Part shown: positions 36,481 through 50,217 of the stretch, one piece after another | Position numbering within the stretch: the stretch's first letter is position 1 | How the letters are laid out: every line of letters begins with the position of its first letter | Origin: Antedon mediterranea | Taxonomy: Eukaryota; Animalia; Echinodermata | Direction of reading: 5' to 3' | DNA length: 64,000 bases | NCBI RefSeq assembly: GCF_964355755.1 | Contig: NC_092671.1 | Span: forward strand, 17,608,001 to 17,672,000 | Made by a program: the position numbers and the translations under genes | The notes under the pieces: model-generated | Database searches by the model: none | What the model was told of the DNA's origin: nothing | What the model saw: only the letters and a program-made list of their open reading frames with translations

Positions 36481-39400
36481 TATACCCCTTGATAAAGGGT
36501 GTCCCTCATTCATATCACAATCACAGAGCAGTTTCTCTTAGGTGTCCCTGAATTAGGGTGTTCCAAAGGAAGGTTTCTCTTAAATAGTTTTGAAACAGCT
36601 TCTAAAACTTTTATGCAGAGTGATCATAAGATTTGATTGTGACCTTAATTTGAACTTGAAATATAAAGATACATACAGTATTAGTACACAAACTTAAAGC
36701 GTACTAATCATTTTCAATTATCAAACATTTAGTTTTTAGACAAATTAAGCACTTTGCAGTACACTAGGCCACTTTAGTACTTAACTCTGTTACACCAGGA
36801 AATTTTCTTATAAAATCTTTTCTTCATTTCAATCACATTCCATCTTAATAAACCTTGAAAAAAAAATTACTTTCACTAATGTAGCAAATGATGCAGATAT
36901 CCTCTTCCCAGCTTGCTTTTCATCACTTATTATCTTTAACAAAATTCCATGCAATTCTGAAGGCTTAAATGATTTTGAAGTCGCAAAGCACGCTTGTTAT
37001 ATGGAATTCTGAGGAAAACATGGTTTTTAAAATGTTATATATTTTTTATTATCATTACATATATACCTGTTCACCCCTAAAATTCTGTTTTGACCCCGAA
37101 TTAAACTTTGTACATGCCTACATTTCTTAAGTACTGTAAACATAATTTACACAGGTACTTTGCTTTTATTGTTGTTTATTTTGCATTTTGTTATGCTTTC
37201 TGTCATTGTCTTACTCATTGTTTTATTTAGGTTGTACCACTAACAACAGTGTGTGCAACTGATGAAGAAGTGATGACTAAATTAAACAGCTCCGATTGCA
37301 GATTGTTACCATTAATCCTGATATACTCTGATTATATCAGATAGGAAGAATATTCTGGTGTTTGGTAGGCTTACCATCCAGTATTCCAGTTGGATATTTT
37401 CTTCAGCAACAACAATAAATACTCCTAATACACTATATTCAACTTAATTCTGCTGGTCTACAATAATATAAATACTGTATGATTGTTTACTTTAAAAATG
37501 AGAATATTTTATTGCTGAAAATAATCAAATGATGCATTGTTATATTCCATTTTATCCAACAAAGACAAAACAACTGATAAATATTTAAAAATATTTAATT
37601 TTAGGTCTCAGCAAAATGTCTCATGTTTGACTGACATTAGTAGTTTTTAAATCATCCATTAGGGAAAAAATGGCAAAATCAGCACTGTGGTCATGTTATA
37701 AGAGTTGTCAAAACAATATAGATTATACTGATAAATCTCCTAGAAAGTAAGAAGCCTTTTGTCATTTTCCCCTGACTGAAGTTTAAAACTGCAACTATAC
37801 TAGATTTAATTTGTTTTTTTAATCAGAGAGGATAAAAAGGTCAATTGATACCAGTGACTGTCTTGTGTAAGACTGTCTTAACATGAGCACAGTGGCGCTG
37901 GTTGGTGTTAACTCCTAATCCGCAAAGTCCTTGGTTCAAGCCTCTTTTTCATTTCATTACATTATCCTGCAATTAGGTAATTCATGCTATAGTCTGAGAT
38001 GTAAACATTGGATATTTAAACGCCAATTAAGATGGAATTAGTGTCAATAAGGACAATATTTAAATTAGTTTAATTTTTATCCAGTTTATTCAATGAAAAG
38101 TTATAAAAGACACAACACAATATCAGTGAATATTTTAAATCTTGAATAGTACTTTCTGTACTCCTTGATTGAACATTTTTGAAAAATCAGATTTTTTTGT
38201 TTGTTTCTTCCAAATTTCTCAGATCCTCTTCATACTATATTAAAGACAGTAATGAAAAACCAGACATTTGGGCTAGTGTAAGGGTGTCTGGAACTGGGAG
38301 AATACAGTAAAATAAAAAGTATTATACATAATAATTAAATAACAAACTACTTTACTAACTACTCAAAAGTTTTTTTATTCCTATTTATGTTAAGTAGGCT
38401 TTAATTTGATAATTTGAATGGCCCTTAAAATGATAGAGAAGTGTTTTGATTTAAACTTGATTTCAATTGTACACATCCAAAAATAATTTCTTTAATGTTT
38501 ACTGAATTTGGCTATTTTTCAAAAACATTTCTTATACAATTTATAACAATGAAAATGTCTTGTCTCAAAACTGATTTGTACACAGAATCCTGTTTAAGTT
38601 TGTCAAGCACATCTGAACATTTTATATGGATACCAGCATTGTTTTTAACTGTAAAATAATTATAATCATTATAACTACTTTGAAGCGTAAAATAATGAAA
38701 ATAGAAATAAAATAAAACTAAATGATGAATAATTAATAAAACTTGTTTCTATTTGTCTCAACAGTACTTATTTAATATTTAAAAAATAAATATACTGTAA
38801 ATAAAATGAAATGCAAATTTGGCTTTTCCTTGAATTCTAAAACATCCTTCTAAAACACCAGAGTATTGCAGAATATACTTGTTGACATCATTATTGCAGG
38901 ATTTTAAGAGTGAATCATTTATCTCTCTAATTAAGCACTTGTAACCTTGGCTTTAACACATTACATTTCCACTAATATTTCACTCTTCTCAATCAACAGT
39001 TTGGTTTTACATTTTCAATGCCATGCTGATTTTGTTACAAAAATGTTTTAATTTATTTTAGTAAAGTTTCAAATACGTATGGTTGTTTGGTATCTTTATG
39101 TATAATGTGCTTATGTATTTAATTTGTTTGGACGGATTTGTTTGAACAGGTTTGATAGTAGTAAACCTTTATAGTTAGTTCATGGCAGCAATTGACAAAT
39201 GATTTCTCTTTACCTGCTGTACCTGCCAACAAAAATCATCACCAAATGTTTTCTAATATTCTAGATATTTTTATTAGGAGCAAGGCTTGCATTTAGGAAT
39301 GTTAATATTCATAATATTTAGGCCATTTGCTTTTATTACAATATAACAAATAAAAAAATGTACATTTATTTCATCACACTCCCATAGCTTGATACACTAA

Positions 39401-39970
39401 ACACAAGAATATAAGTAATAAGTTGAATAGCCTGGAGTGGCATTTTGCTTAATATGTATTCTGAGCCAGTACTAAACCTACTCGAGGTTCTACACAGCAA
39501 ATCAACTTATATTGGTCAAAAGATTTGGCACACATGGCATTTCATACATACAATACTTGGAGATGGAATAACTAGACAAAAATTGAAATGCTCAACTCAA
39601 CATAAAAAAGACAATACCTTGGGGCAAGTCTAGAGTATTAAAACCTAGCTCTGCTCTAGCAAAGGTGGCATAAAATTTCCATGACACGTTGTTTGTTAGA
39701 CTCTAATAGGCAAGAGTACGTGCTTTAAATTGGATAGAAATATCCTTTTATGGATTTGTAAATGTCTTTATGACATCAGCAGGATCAGCGATTCTTGACC
39801 CATTCTGATAAATCTTTTAGGGTGCTTTACATTGGTCTTGATACATATTAACTAATTAATTGAAACTAAAACCAGTATAATTGGACACATGTTGTTTGTG
39901 TCATGTTAATTGATTGACCAAGGATGGTGTTGTCTTTTATCTTTAGTATGTTCCTGTTAATATACACTTT

Positions 39971-40747
39971 GGGCGCGTTTATACAACACGCTATTACACG
40001 CATATTCTACACGCCTACGAGAAGTGTGTTGTATAACAACAAAGAGATTCCGTGTAATGAGATTTTAATTGCAAAAAAGGCTACTTGGCTGAATCCTAAA
40101 ATTTGGTGGATTCCCGGTCGCTGTTACCGTGTTGGAAGTGTCCTCAGGGTATATTTTGACCTCTCGTTAAAACAGGTCGTAATATCAATCATGTCATGCG
40201 ACGTCTAACAAGATTGGGCCCATTTATTGCTGCTTCGCTGCCAGCAATCATCCTCCTACCACGTCTTACGCCTAGCCTGGTAGGGCCAACTCGTAGTGGT
40301 AGTAGGCCTCTATAGACTATCGTTTCCCACTCCAAACAGAATAAAAAATAACATCGCAAAAATGGCATCTTCTTCCATAGTGTATAGATGAAACAATGAA
40401 ACCCTTAAAATAACTTTTATTAATTTAAATGAACCGAGAACAAAATAAACAACAATGCAAACGTGAACGAATACAATAATGAAAACGTTAAAAACCGCGC
40501 GAATACATCGGACAGCAGCGAGGAGGCGACGATGATTTGTTGACAACCCAGCCAACAATTCAATTCAAGCGATCAACGATTTGACCTTTTATCCTAGCAT
40601 GCACTGCGTGTTGATGAAACTTCCGGTACAACACGGTATCGTGATTTCTAGTATAACAGCAAACGTTAAGGTGGGTTGACCTCGGTCCGAACAACACGCT
40701 AAAAATTAAAGCCGTGTTCAAATTTAGGGTGTTGTATAAACACGACC
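39971..40747 (-). mobile_element. Same PIF/Harbinger-like transposon, copy 2 (inverted)
   Basis: Reverse complement of copy 1 along its full length with few differences; 3-bp TSD TTT. Confidence 0.85.
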
Positions 40748-42784
40748 TTTGTGGGTAGTTTTTTTTACCAGTGTCTCAAATACCCTTTGCATTCAGATTC
40801 ACTTTCGTGTTGACTAGCTCATTTTAAGGAAAAATTTCCTGCAGTTTTTGATGTTTTGTAAAAATAATTCATAAATATTAATTTAAAAACATAAAAACAG
40901 GTCATTCCCTGTATTTAAGGTTTTACCATTAATTATGATAAAACGGAGAAAAACAATGCACTTAGTAGCTTGCTTGAATGTCCTCTTTTGGATGGAGCCA
41001 AACCTAGCTAATCTTAGGTTTGTAGGCCTAGCTGGTAAACAGCGGTAACGTACAGACATCATACGCTAGTAAGCATTGCCATTGTCAAGTTGCTGCATAA
41101 ATTATCTTTCTGTTTTTGCCAGAATCCGTTAATACCGGTACAAATTGGGGAAAGCACATTATTTTTCCTAAATAATTATAGTTCTTCCCTTTGTTGTCTT
41201 GCTTTCACAATTGATGGACAGTAGGTGTAATGCAGAAGATAAATGAACATACAAATTTGTGCGCATTACATGCTGGTATTTATAGAATTGATTTATTTTT
41301 CACATTTATACCGTTTAAAGACAAAAACAATTATCTCAATAGGCCCATATAAAATTAATTTTTTCACAAATCCACTTGCGACCTTCAATTATATCGAAAA
41401 AATGTAGGGAAAGTTTCTTTAAATACTCTTAGGATTCAATAGATCATTGCAACCTATATAGAGAAGTGCTAATTTCAATGAACATAGACCAATGATAGTT
41501 ATGTTTGTACATTGGGCATGTCATATACATTTTGTTTTGTTAATATTAAAACTTCCATCCCGACGAATCCTGGTTAAAAAGCTTTAATTTCTAAGTACAG
41601 TAAGTAAGTAAAGTACAGTACCTGCAACTATTTTATTTTTTGTCTTCATCACTTTGTTCATTATTGTTGATGTGTCTTTACAATGGACCTATAATTGATA
41701 TCACTATAGTTATGAAAATATGAATTTTTACATTGTGCAGGTACTAATTTATTAGCATTAATAATCTTAACAAAAGAGTTAAATTACTATATTTATATAT
41801 TAAAATTTAAATTGCATAATAAAAGATGTTTATTTTTTTAAGGGTTTTTTAAATATATAGCTATTTACATATAACAGTACACTATCACCATCCTTTCTGA
41901 GTAATATATGTTTGGAGGAAAATTGTTTTGAATATTATTGTTAATGTTAGTTATTTTCGTATAATTTCATAAATTAGTAAGAAATTTTTTTTTTTTAATA
42001 GTGACTGTGTATGTAACAATCTTAATTAATCTTAAAAAAATATTTATTAATTTATTTAGGACACTTTACTTTTAAAATGGTGGCACTGGTTCAGTGTGGT
42101 GAGGTCATAAAAACATGAACAGTATAAACAGTAAAAGTATATATACAAATAACAGTTAAAACAGTCGAAAAAAATTATATTGCACACACATTTAAAACAT
42201 AAAAATGTAATAATATTAATATGATATTCATAAAAATAAATATGATATGATTTTTTTGTGTGAGGAAAAAATATAAGATAAAATATATTGCAAACAAACA
42301 AACTAATACTGTACTGATTTATGGATGACCCAGTTAAACAAATATCTGCATTTAAAAACATTTCCTTTGGCTTGAGGTATACTGTTGAGTATGAAGCTGG
42401 ATAGTGTACCATAATGCGTAAATAATACAAAATTATATTTGAAAAATATTACTGTGTCAATAATGCTCTCATCAAAACTGAAAAAGATTTATATTTTTTA
42501 TTAATAAGTACTATGTACCCTTCATATTTACAGTCACTACTATTTGTCATGACATTAAATTTTATGTGACTCCGTGTATTAAACAATATGTCTCAATTTA
42601 GCTCAGCTTCCAATAATATCTTGGGATCTTGCATAAATTCGCTCATGAATCTAGTTTAGTTAAATGATATCAAGTAGCCATATCAACATCATTATCATCA
42701 TTACACTATTAGTTTAGTAATTAAATTCAACTCAGAAGTTCTACCATATTTCAGATTCTAAGAATACACATATAGGTTAATATA

Positions 42785-42861
42785 AGCTCTGCCTACACTA
42801 TCAAATTAGTTTGGCAAAAAAAAGTATCATCATTTCCATATACGGGCATATAGACAGAGCT
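42785..42861. mobile_element. Short AGCTCTGTCTACACTATCAAA-family MITE (deleted copy)
   Basis: TIR AGCTCTGCCTA / TAGACAGAGCT; related to 47141, 59145 and a remnant at about 4168-4251. Confidence 0.7.
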
Positions 42862-45800
42862 TAACATCGGCCAAAACATTCTTTGCTTTATGAATATATT
42901 AAATTAATAATAGGTAATAATTTCAAAATATTAATGTTTATTTCTTTGAGACCTATTTATGATGGTATGCTAGACAGTTTGACGAGACCAAAATTAAACG
43001 TGGCTCAATGGTGTAGATATTTGAATAATAATTATACATTCAATTCATTCTTGTGAACTAAATGAATATAGAATTAAATAATTCCTACTCTATAAAGAAG
43101 TCTTGTTATAAATGTATAATATTTAAAGAAAATGTTGTTATTCCTCAATTACGTTTTTTTTTTTTATTATGTTGAAATAAATTCATCTTGTTTCTAATGA
43201 TAATTTTTGATAATTTTTTTTTTTGGTGTTAAACCAAAATAATTTTGGTGAAACTTACCAAAAAATATTCCTTAAGTTGAGAGTTCACAAAAATCGTTTG
43301 TAGGTTTTACCAACATTTTTAAAATGTCAAAAAATGTTATTGTTTGTTACATTGAACTTTAAAAATATAGACATGACAGATAGAAATAGTCAGACACTAG
43401 ATACTTGATTGAACATTTTAATGTACTATAGGCTGTTTCATACAGAGTACCTCAATCTTTAGGTACATGGCTTTGAATGAAAAATATATAGATTAGAAAG
43501 TTGTATGAAAATTATTTACAGTAGTACCGCAGTATTTTACATATTTTAACGAGAAAACATTATAGGTTTATTAAAGTACTTTGTTTCATATGCCTTAAAA
43601 CAAGATTATAATTAAAGCATCGTTTAATTAGGAGTACTCCACAAGTGTCTTATTAGCGTCAAGTTCATTTTATTATATTAAGTATTTTTACTTGATAAAG
43701 ATGTCCTTCAGATCATTATCCAGCGTTCTGCATAGATCAATCAGGCACCGCAAAGACACTTGAACTTCTGGCGCTTAGTAAGTAGGTACCAAGTTATTAG
43801 TATTCATATATACTATTAATAACCATAATACTGTCACACTTATGATAAATTATCGGTCTAATTTTGCTTTACTATAACAGAAATAATAATAATGTTAAAT
43901 GTAACTCATAAAAATGTTCAATCTGAGTGTTAATCAGACCACTAATGAGTTCATCAAAAATGGTGTATTATATTATAGAGATGAGATACTCATACATGGA
44001 ATATATGAGTTATTGAAATAATTAATTTCTCTAAATATATTTCTTCTCATGCTACCAAAACGGTTCATTAATTAGGCGTGTCCTGGGTGTGGGTAATTCC
44101 TCACATCGATATTTTAGGTATATCCCTTAAATATATAGTAATGGGTAACAAACATTATATTACTTAGTTTTGATCTGATATATATTAACTAATAGTATAT
44201 ACTGCATTGTAATTAAATTATTACATGTCATAGGTCATTCATATAGAACAGATGAACAAGTGAGCAGCATTGGAGGATCTGTCCGGATTTATACTTAAGA
44301 ATTGAACAGGTGCGATGAATTGAATTATTCAGAGGATTACCTGATTTCAAACTACCTAAGCCATAGAGCACCATGACGTTTATATTATGTGGCTTTTTTC
44401 GTAATTTAAAGTCTTCCCAGAGTCCTTGAATAGTTAGGAAATAGGTATTTCTATCCCATTGCAAAATATTTATTTTAGGTTTAGTTTAGCTAAATGAGAT
44501 AATAGTATTAATGAGTTTATTGACTGGCATTTACACATAGATAATACTAATTTACATTTAATTTAACATTGACTATAATTTTTCGAAATGACCATTGACA
44601 TTTTAGAATTAAACATTGTTTTCCATTGATTATAGATTACATATTTGCTTATAGATTAGGACTAAATACTTAAAAGCAGCTTCAAGAGAATTAATTTTAT
44701 GATTTATCGGAAATGAAACAATCCATATCTATGTGTTGATATAAAGTTTGCAGTACATATGTGTAGTTTAATATATGTGAACTATACTTATAAACAAAAA
44801 CAAAGTAATGCTGACATCTTAAGGCATATACAAGGAAACAATACGAAATCATGGACTACACAATGAAATCAATAGTGCAACAAAGCTAAAAATAGACATT
44901 AGCACAGACCATTCTTTCATAATACATGTTAGGTTACAAGAATTGTAGAATGGTCCTGTTCAAAAAATAAATGAGTAGTCTTGTTCTTTTCATCATCTTC
45001 AACTGTGTTCACCCCTTAGTATCCCAACTTTCTACTTTCTCTGAGAAAAAAACAAGAGTTTCTTAACTGATTTGTGTCAATGATGGGTATATACAGTATC
45101 CACCAAAATAAAGTTCCAGCTCATCTAGGCAAAGGGAAAGTTGTGCTTTGGTATGACTTGATGTCTTCTTGATTAATTGTGATTCTTGTCAAAGCAGGGA
45201 AACCTAAATTTAAACCAAAAAGGGGTTGTCAGTACTTCTGGTATGTTTCAGGTATTGACTGATTGGCATATGAAATTAAATGCTGAAGATCAAATTTTGT
45301 ATGCCTCATTAGAAATAGTTAAACAAGATGTAAGTAATGTGACATAGTTTGTGGCTTCCTTTCTATAGCTATTTGTCTGCATTCATTCTGCTGAAATTTG
45401 TCTTTAATCAAGCGATAATCAAGATGGCTGTGCTTGGTTCATCAATGTCTAATATACAGTAGAATGTCTTTGAAGCACGCCTATTCAAGGGACACCCCTT
45501 GTCAGAGTCAATTTTTACGAAATCGTTTAGGTCTGATCATGATTACGGTATTCAATTTAAAAAAGAAAAATTATATACTGTACATATGTAAATTAGTATC
45601 AAATTCACAACGAAACATAAAACTAACATGGGGTAATGAGGTTCAATAAAAAGCACCTGGATTAAGGAACCATTATGATATACGATTCAGGAAATGTACA
45701 CTGTATTTTACTTTCTTTTAATGTAAGACTAGTATTACTTACATTGTACACTAATATATTATTTCCCCTATCTCTTATATACCGGATGTTTACTGTTTGT

Positions 45801-46434
45801 AACTCTGTAAACATAGGACTTTTGGAACTGAATTTCACAATAATAATATAGAGTTAGTCAGTCAGCCTTAATATGACGTAGGTAAACTCTTATGTGGCTG
45901 TAGTGACATTGATTTTGTTTCATTCAAATACGCACCCTTTTAACAATTGTATATTAAACAGCCCATCCATGACACGTTTTAGTAGGCAAATGGGTTTTTA
46001 AGTGCCTTAAGTACATAGTAATCGCTCATATGAATTACTATTATAATATTCCTAGACTGTAAAATTTAAGATTTTAGAATATTCATGATATTTCTTTGAA
46101 AAAAGATTGGTTGTGATTATGTAGGGTTTTTGTAGGCTACGTATGTACGAATAATTATGGTTAATTAATGAATGAATTGCATTGATATTTTCAGGAGAGT
46201 TCCGCTTCTATTTCAATGCATATTTAAATGGATCAAATGGGGTCCCGGCTAAAATCAACATAGAATTCTTTTGAATATATATTATAGCACATTTAAAAAT
46301 GTAACGATTACCTAAACATTCAAGATCAAATTTTAAAATACATGCAACATTGCTGATTTTGAAATAAGTATGTATTGAACTTCATGAGATGTTGGATATG
46401 CAAATGCTTGGCTATGGGTAGATAAGAGAAGTAT

Positions 46435-46690
46435 CATTACATCCCACCATACCCAGGATGGAACTTACTAAAGATGGTTTCAACATTTTAAAGGCAAAAG
46501 TAGGATATTAGAAGAACTATTATTACATCCGGCCATGCCCAGAATGAATTTAAACTGGTCTTGAAATTGTAAAGGTGAAAGGGGTGAGAACAAAACCATT
46601 ACATCCCACTGTGCCCAGAACGAACTTGAATGAAGATGATCTTGTAAAAGAGAACTGGATTACATCTTACCATGCCTAGAACAAACTTGG
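46435..46690. repeat. Old degenerate tandem repeat, about 4 units of 60-85 bp
   Basis: ATTACATCC..CCATGCCCAGAA.GAACTT near 46436, 46522, 46598 and 46659. Confidence 0.65.
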
Positions 46691-47140
46691 GGAAGAATAG
46701 ACATTGCACAAGAAACATAACAAATGATTGGTGTCAAACTATATGTCCTTGGAGATTTAAATATTGTATTTTACCCAATGAAAAAGCATATTAGGCACTG
46801 TCAACATATACACAATACTATTGATGCCTTAAATAATGGAACATAAACAAACTCTAAGATCAAAGGGGAACTTCTTTCCTGTGTTTAAATTTTAACGCTA
46901 TATATTACAGGATCTTATATTATATGGCGATGTTGATAATACCAGGATGTGGACCTGTGAACAAAATGACCATTTATTTAAAGTACCTACAGTGACCTGG
47001 CATGGATTGGAGTTCAAGTTTTTATCCTTTTTCCCCCTTTCTTTTTCTCTCTGCATTTTAAGTTACACTCTACGTCCAAACATTGCAGGCAATTAAAATA
47101 TACTATACTTTGGAAAATGTTTGATTGTAAAACCTACTAA

Positions 47141-47259
47141 ATATCTGTCTACACTATCAAACTAGTTCGACAAAAAGTGTGATGTTCCCAAATATGGTAG
47201 TGATATGACATCATCATGTCCATAAATGGGCATATCACTTTGATAGTGTAGACAGAGCT
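47141..47259. mobile_element. AGCTCTGTCTACACTATCAAA-family MITE
   Basis: TCTGTCTACACTATCAAA / TTTGATAGTGTAGACAGAGCT; TAA/TTA flanks. Confidence 0.8.
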
Positions 47260-47533
47260 TTATAAATAATTTCACTTTGAGTAGGCCAATACCTGCATGG
47301 TAAATGTTTTGATTTTTAAAATATACATTTAGAAAGAAAATTCAGTTATGTATATCTTTAAATATTTTAAGTAGAACAATAAAATCCAGTTTGAATTCAT
47401 TTGGATTAAAATTCACAGCATAACATGCTAATTTACTGAGATTGAACAACTGTGATAGTTTCAGTCAAATAAAACAAAATTGTACACAATATTTATTATT
47501 TAAAGTTTGTTTTTTATTATGTGTAATTTTTTT

Positions 47534-48083
47534 TAACACTAGGATGGTGTACGATGTATCAGTTAATCCCAGTTAGACTAAAGTATTTAAAAAGACGTTT
47601 GTTTTTCTGGGTACTAGAAAAATATCTATTGGTTTCCTAAAGTACTCAAGCTCTTTTATACATTTTAGTGCACAATATTTTTTTTTTGGTTATGAGTAAT
47701 TTTATTTAACATTTTCTGAATAACACTAGGGTAGTGCATGCATCATTTAGTCCTAATTTTTTTTCATTTCATTTCATTTCATTTCATTTATTTCAATATC
47801 ATTATCGCAGCCTTAGCTGAATTACAAAGATATTTACATTTGTTCAATATTAAAATTTGTATAAAAGTATAAAACCAATGATAATTATATACTGTATAAA
47901 AAAGGAGGCAATTTACACAAGAAATACAATACAGGAACATTCAAAAAGTTTAGCTTAAAATATTAAAATAGAAAAAAAAACACCTAAATTAAACTAAAGT
48001 ATTTAAAAAAGAGCTTGCTTTTCTGGGTACTAGGGAAATATCTATTGGAATACCTAAAGTACTCAAGCTCTTTTCTATACATT
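47534..48083. repeat. Tandem duplication with a (TTTCA)n-tailed retroposon fragment inserted in copy 2
   Basis: TAACACTAGG at 47534 and 47721; ACTAAAGTATTTAAAAA..CTAAAGTACTCAAGCTCTTTT at 47577 and 47993; extra 240 bp or so at about 47757-47985. Confidence 0.7.
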
Positions 48084-49057
48084 AAATTATAAAAAATGCT
48101 ATTAATTTATATTAAGTTAGCGTCCGTTACTTGATTGCTTCAATCAATATGAAGATCAGAGTTTATTAATGTCAATTGATTAATGGTGAGAAATTGAATG
48201 ACGTCATCATATACTTGAATCTGTATTCTAGAATGGAGTATCAGACAGCATACTTGGAAAAGCGTCCAATATTCCATCACACTGAATACTTAAATTCGTT
48301 TACGGTGAAAATACACTATAATTTATTCAGTTTAATTTAGAAATATTTCATGTAGATTAAAGTATAATAGTAAAGCTATCTGAAATCTGAATTTCAAAAC
48401 ATATTTTACCAAAAAAAAGTATTTATAATATTTAAACCAACCATATGTAACTCATGATAGATATAATTTGCTTGAAAAATAGTTTCACAACCTTTTCATA
48501 GTGAACACTATAAATCACACTTTTTAGCAGTTAATCTAATAATCTGATAACATATTGGTACAGAACTGTTGACTTATGATTTATAAATATGTGGCAAAGC
48601 TAATGTTAATCAAACAGTGGTTTACCAACTTTTAAAGCCAAACTAATGTATATGAACTGTAATTTATTATGTAATGTTTATTATGGATTAAAACAAATAA
48701 AGAAATAAAATAAATGAAATAATATCAGTCTATTATAACAATTCATTCTCATAATTAAAGTAGTTTTATAAAAAAAATTCATAAAGTTTGTAGTTATATC
48801 AGCATTTTATTCATAAATCTGAATTATATTAACATTTCAAAGTTATAATTGATATACTGTAGGTACTATAGATATTTTATATCCAAATCCTTATATTTGC
48901 AGACAATCAGATTAATTCGTAATAATAAATTCATACCTACCTATAATTACATCATGAATTCAAATTTTATTTTTATTATTTCTTTGTTTTCATACTTTGT
49001 TATGTATTGAAAATCCCTGCAATGCTTTTACCAATGTCAATATCTTTAATTCAGTAA

Positions 49058-49303
49058 TGGCCCTGTCACACCTTATTTAGCTAGCATAAGTTCAGGTGTT
49101 TTTAAACGTATTAGAGTTATACATGGTGAATTGTGTGCATGCAGATACTTATTCTATAACGTACTTGACGTATCAGATATACTCAAACGTGCACTTAACT
49201 CCTACCAAACTTATGTTTAGCGTACTTCATACATCAGCATATTCCTGAAATTTGTCTTACATTGAGAATACGCTAGCTAAATCGGCAAGGTGTAGCAGGG
49301 CCA
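49058..49303. mobile_element. PIF/Harbinger-like MITE
   Basis: TIR TGGCCCTGTCACACCTT..TTTAGCTAGC / GCTAGCTAAA..AAGGTGTAGCAGGGCCA; TAA TSD on both sides. Confidence 0.82.
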
Positions 49304-50217
49304 TAAATGCTTTGGGTGTGATTATTATAGATATAAATTTTACCATGACTGTTTCTAGTATAATAGATGAAGTTGAACATTGACGTACAGTGGTTATAGA
49401 ATGATGAATTAGTATCCTCCTCAGTCAAACGTAAACAATGTCCGTCCGTACAAGACGGCAAAGTAACGAGAACTTAAAAGCGTTCTTACGAAGATCAATT
49501 TCCGCTAATAAAAATTTACTTCCACTTGCATCAATTAGCCTAATAGTGGACTAATTAGAGGGAACCTAAAGATCCTTTAAAATGCAGACATTAATTTTGA
49601 GATGTCAATTACCGGTTCATAAATTTATTTCAAGTTTGCTCTTGTAAGAGCAACTAATGTCATATATATTGCAGCAAAAAATAGTACAGTAAAGAAATAA
49701 TGATAGAAATTTGTTGAAATGGTCCTACTTGAGTTTGACCGGACTTTCATTAAGGGAAAAAAATGTACTTGTTGCCTTGCGTGAAGCAACTTCTTTTTTT
49801 TTTTTTTTTAAACTAAAAATTTACCAAAAAATCTGGTAAAATCAGAACAGTGTACAGGAACAATTGTATTGTATTGTTTTGTTGAAGTTGAAAATATATG
49901 CAGTGATACATTTTTTCATGTTTTAAAGGGTCTATGTCAGTTTATCCCGAAATGGTAGCATAACTCAATGTTATGACCATGAAAACGCCCTCCCGCAGAG
50001 GTTGAATATTTATAAGTACATATTTTAACAATAATAATTTTCTTCCCATTTTTTATGGATGTCCTTTAAACTGTATATAATAATGTACGCTTTTCACATA
50101 ACTACAGAACGAAAACATTGCATTTGCATTACTTGCATTTATAGCATCACCTAGCCGTTAAATATTATCATTTCACAACAAAATGTGAAAAACAGATGTT
50201 CAAACCGATCTAATCTC

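Noticed and set aside
36119-40558. Paired ORFs (KKATWLNPKIWWIPGR) suggesting duplicated genes
   Set aside because: Both are inside the two copies of the same non-autonomous transposon; no recognisable domain.
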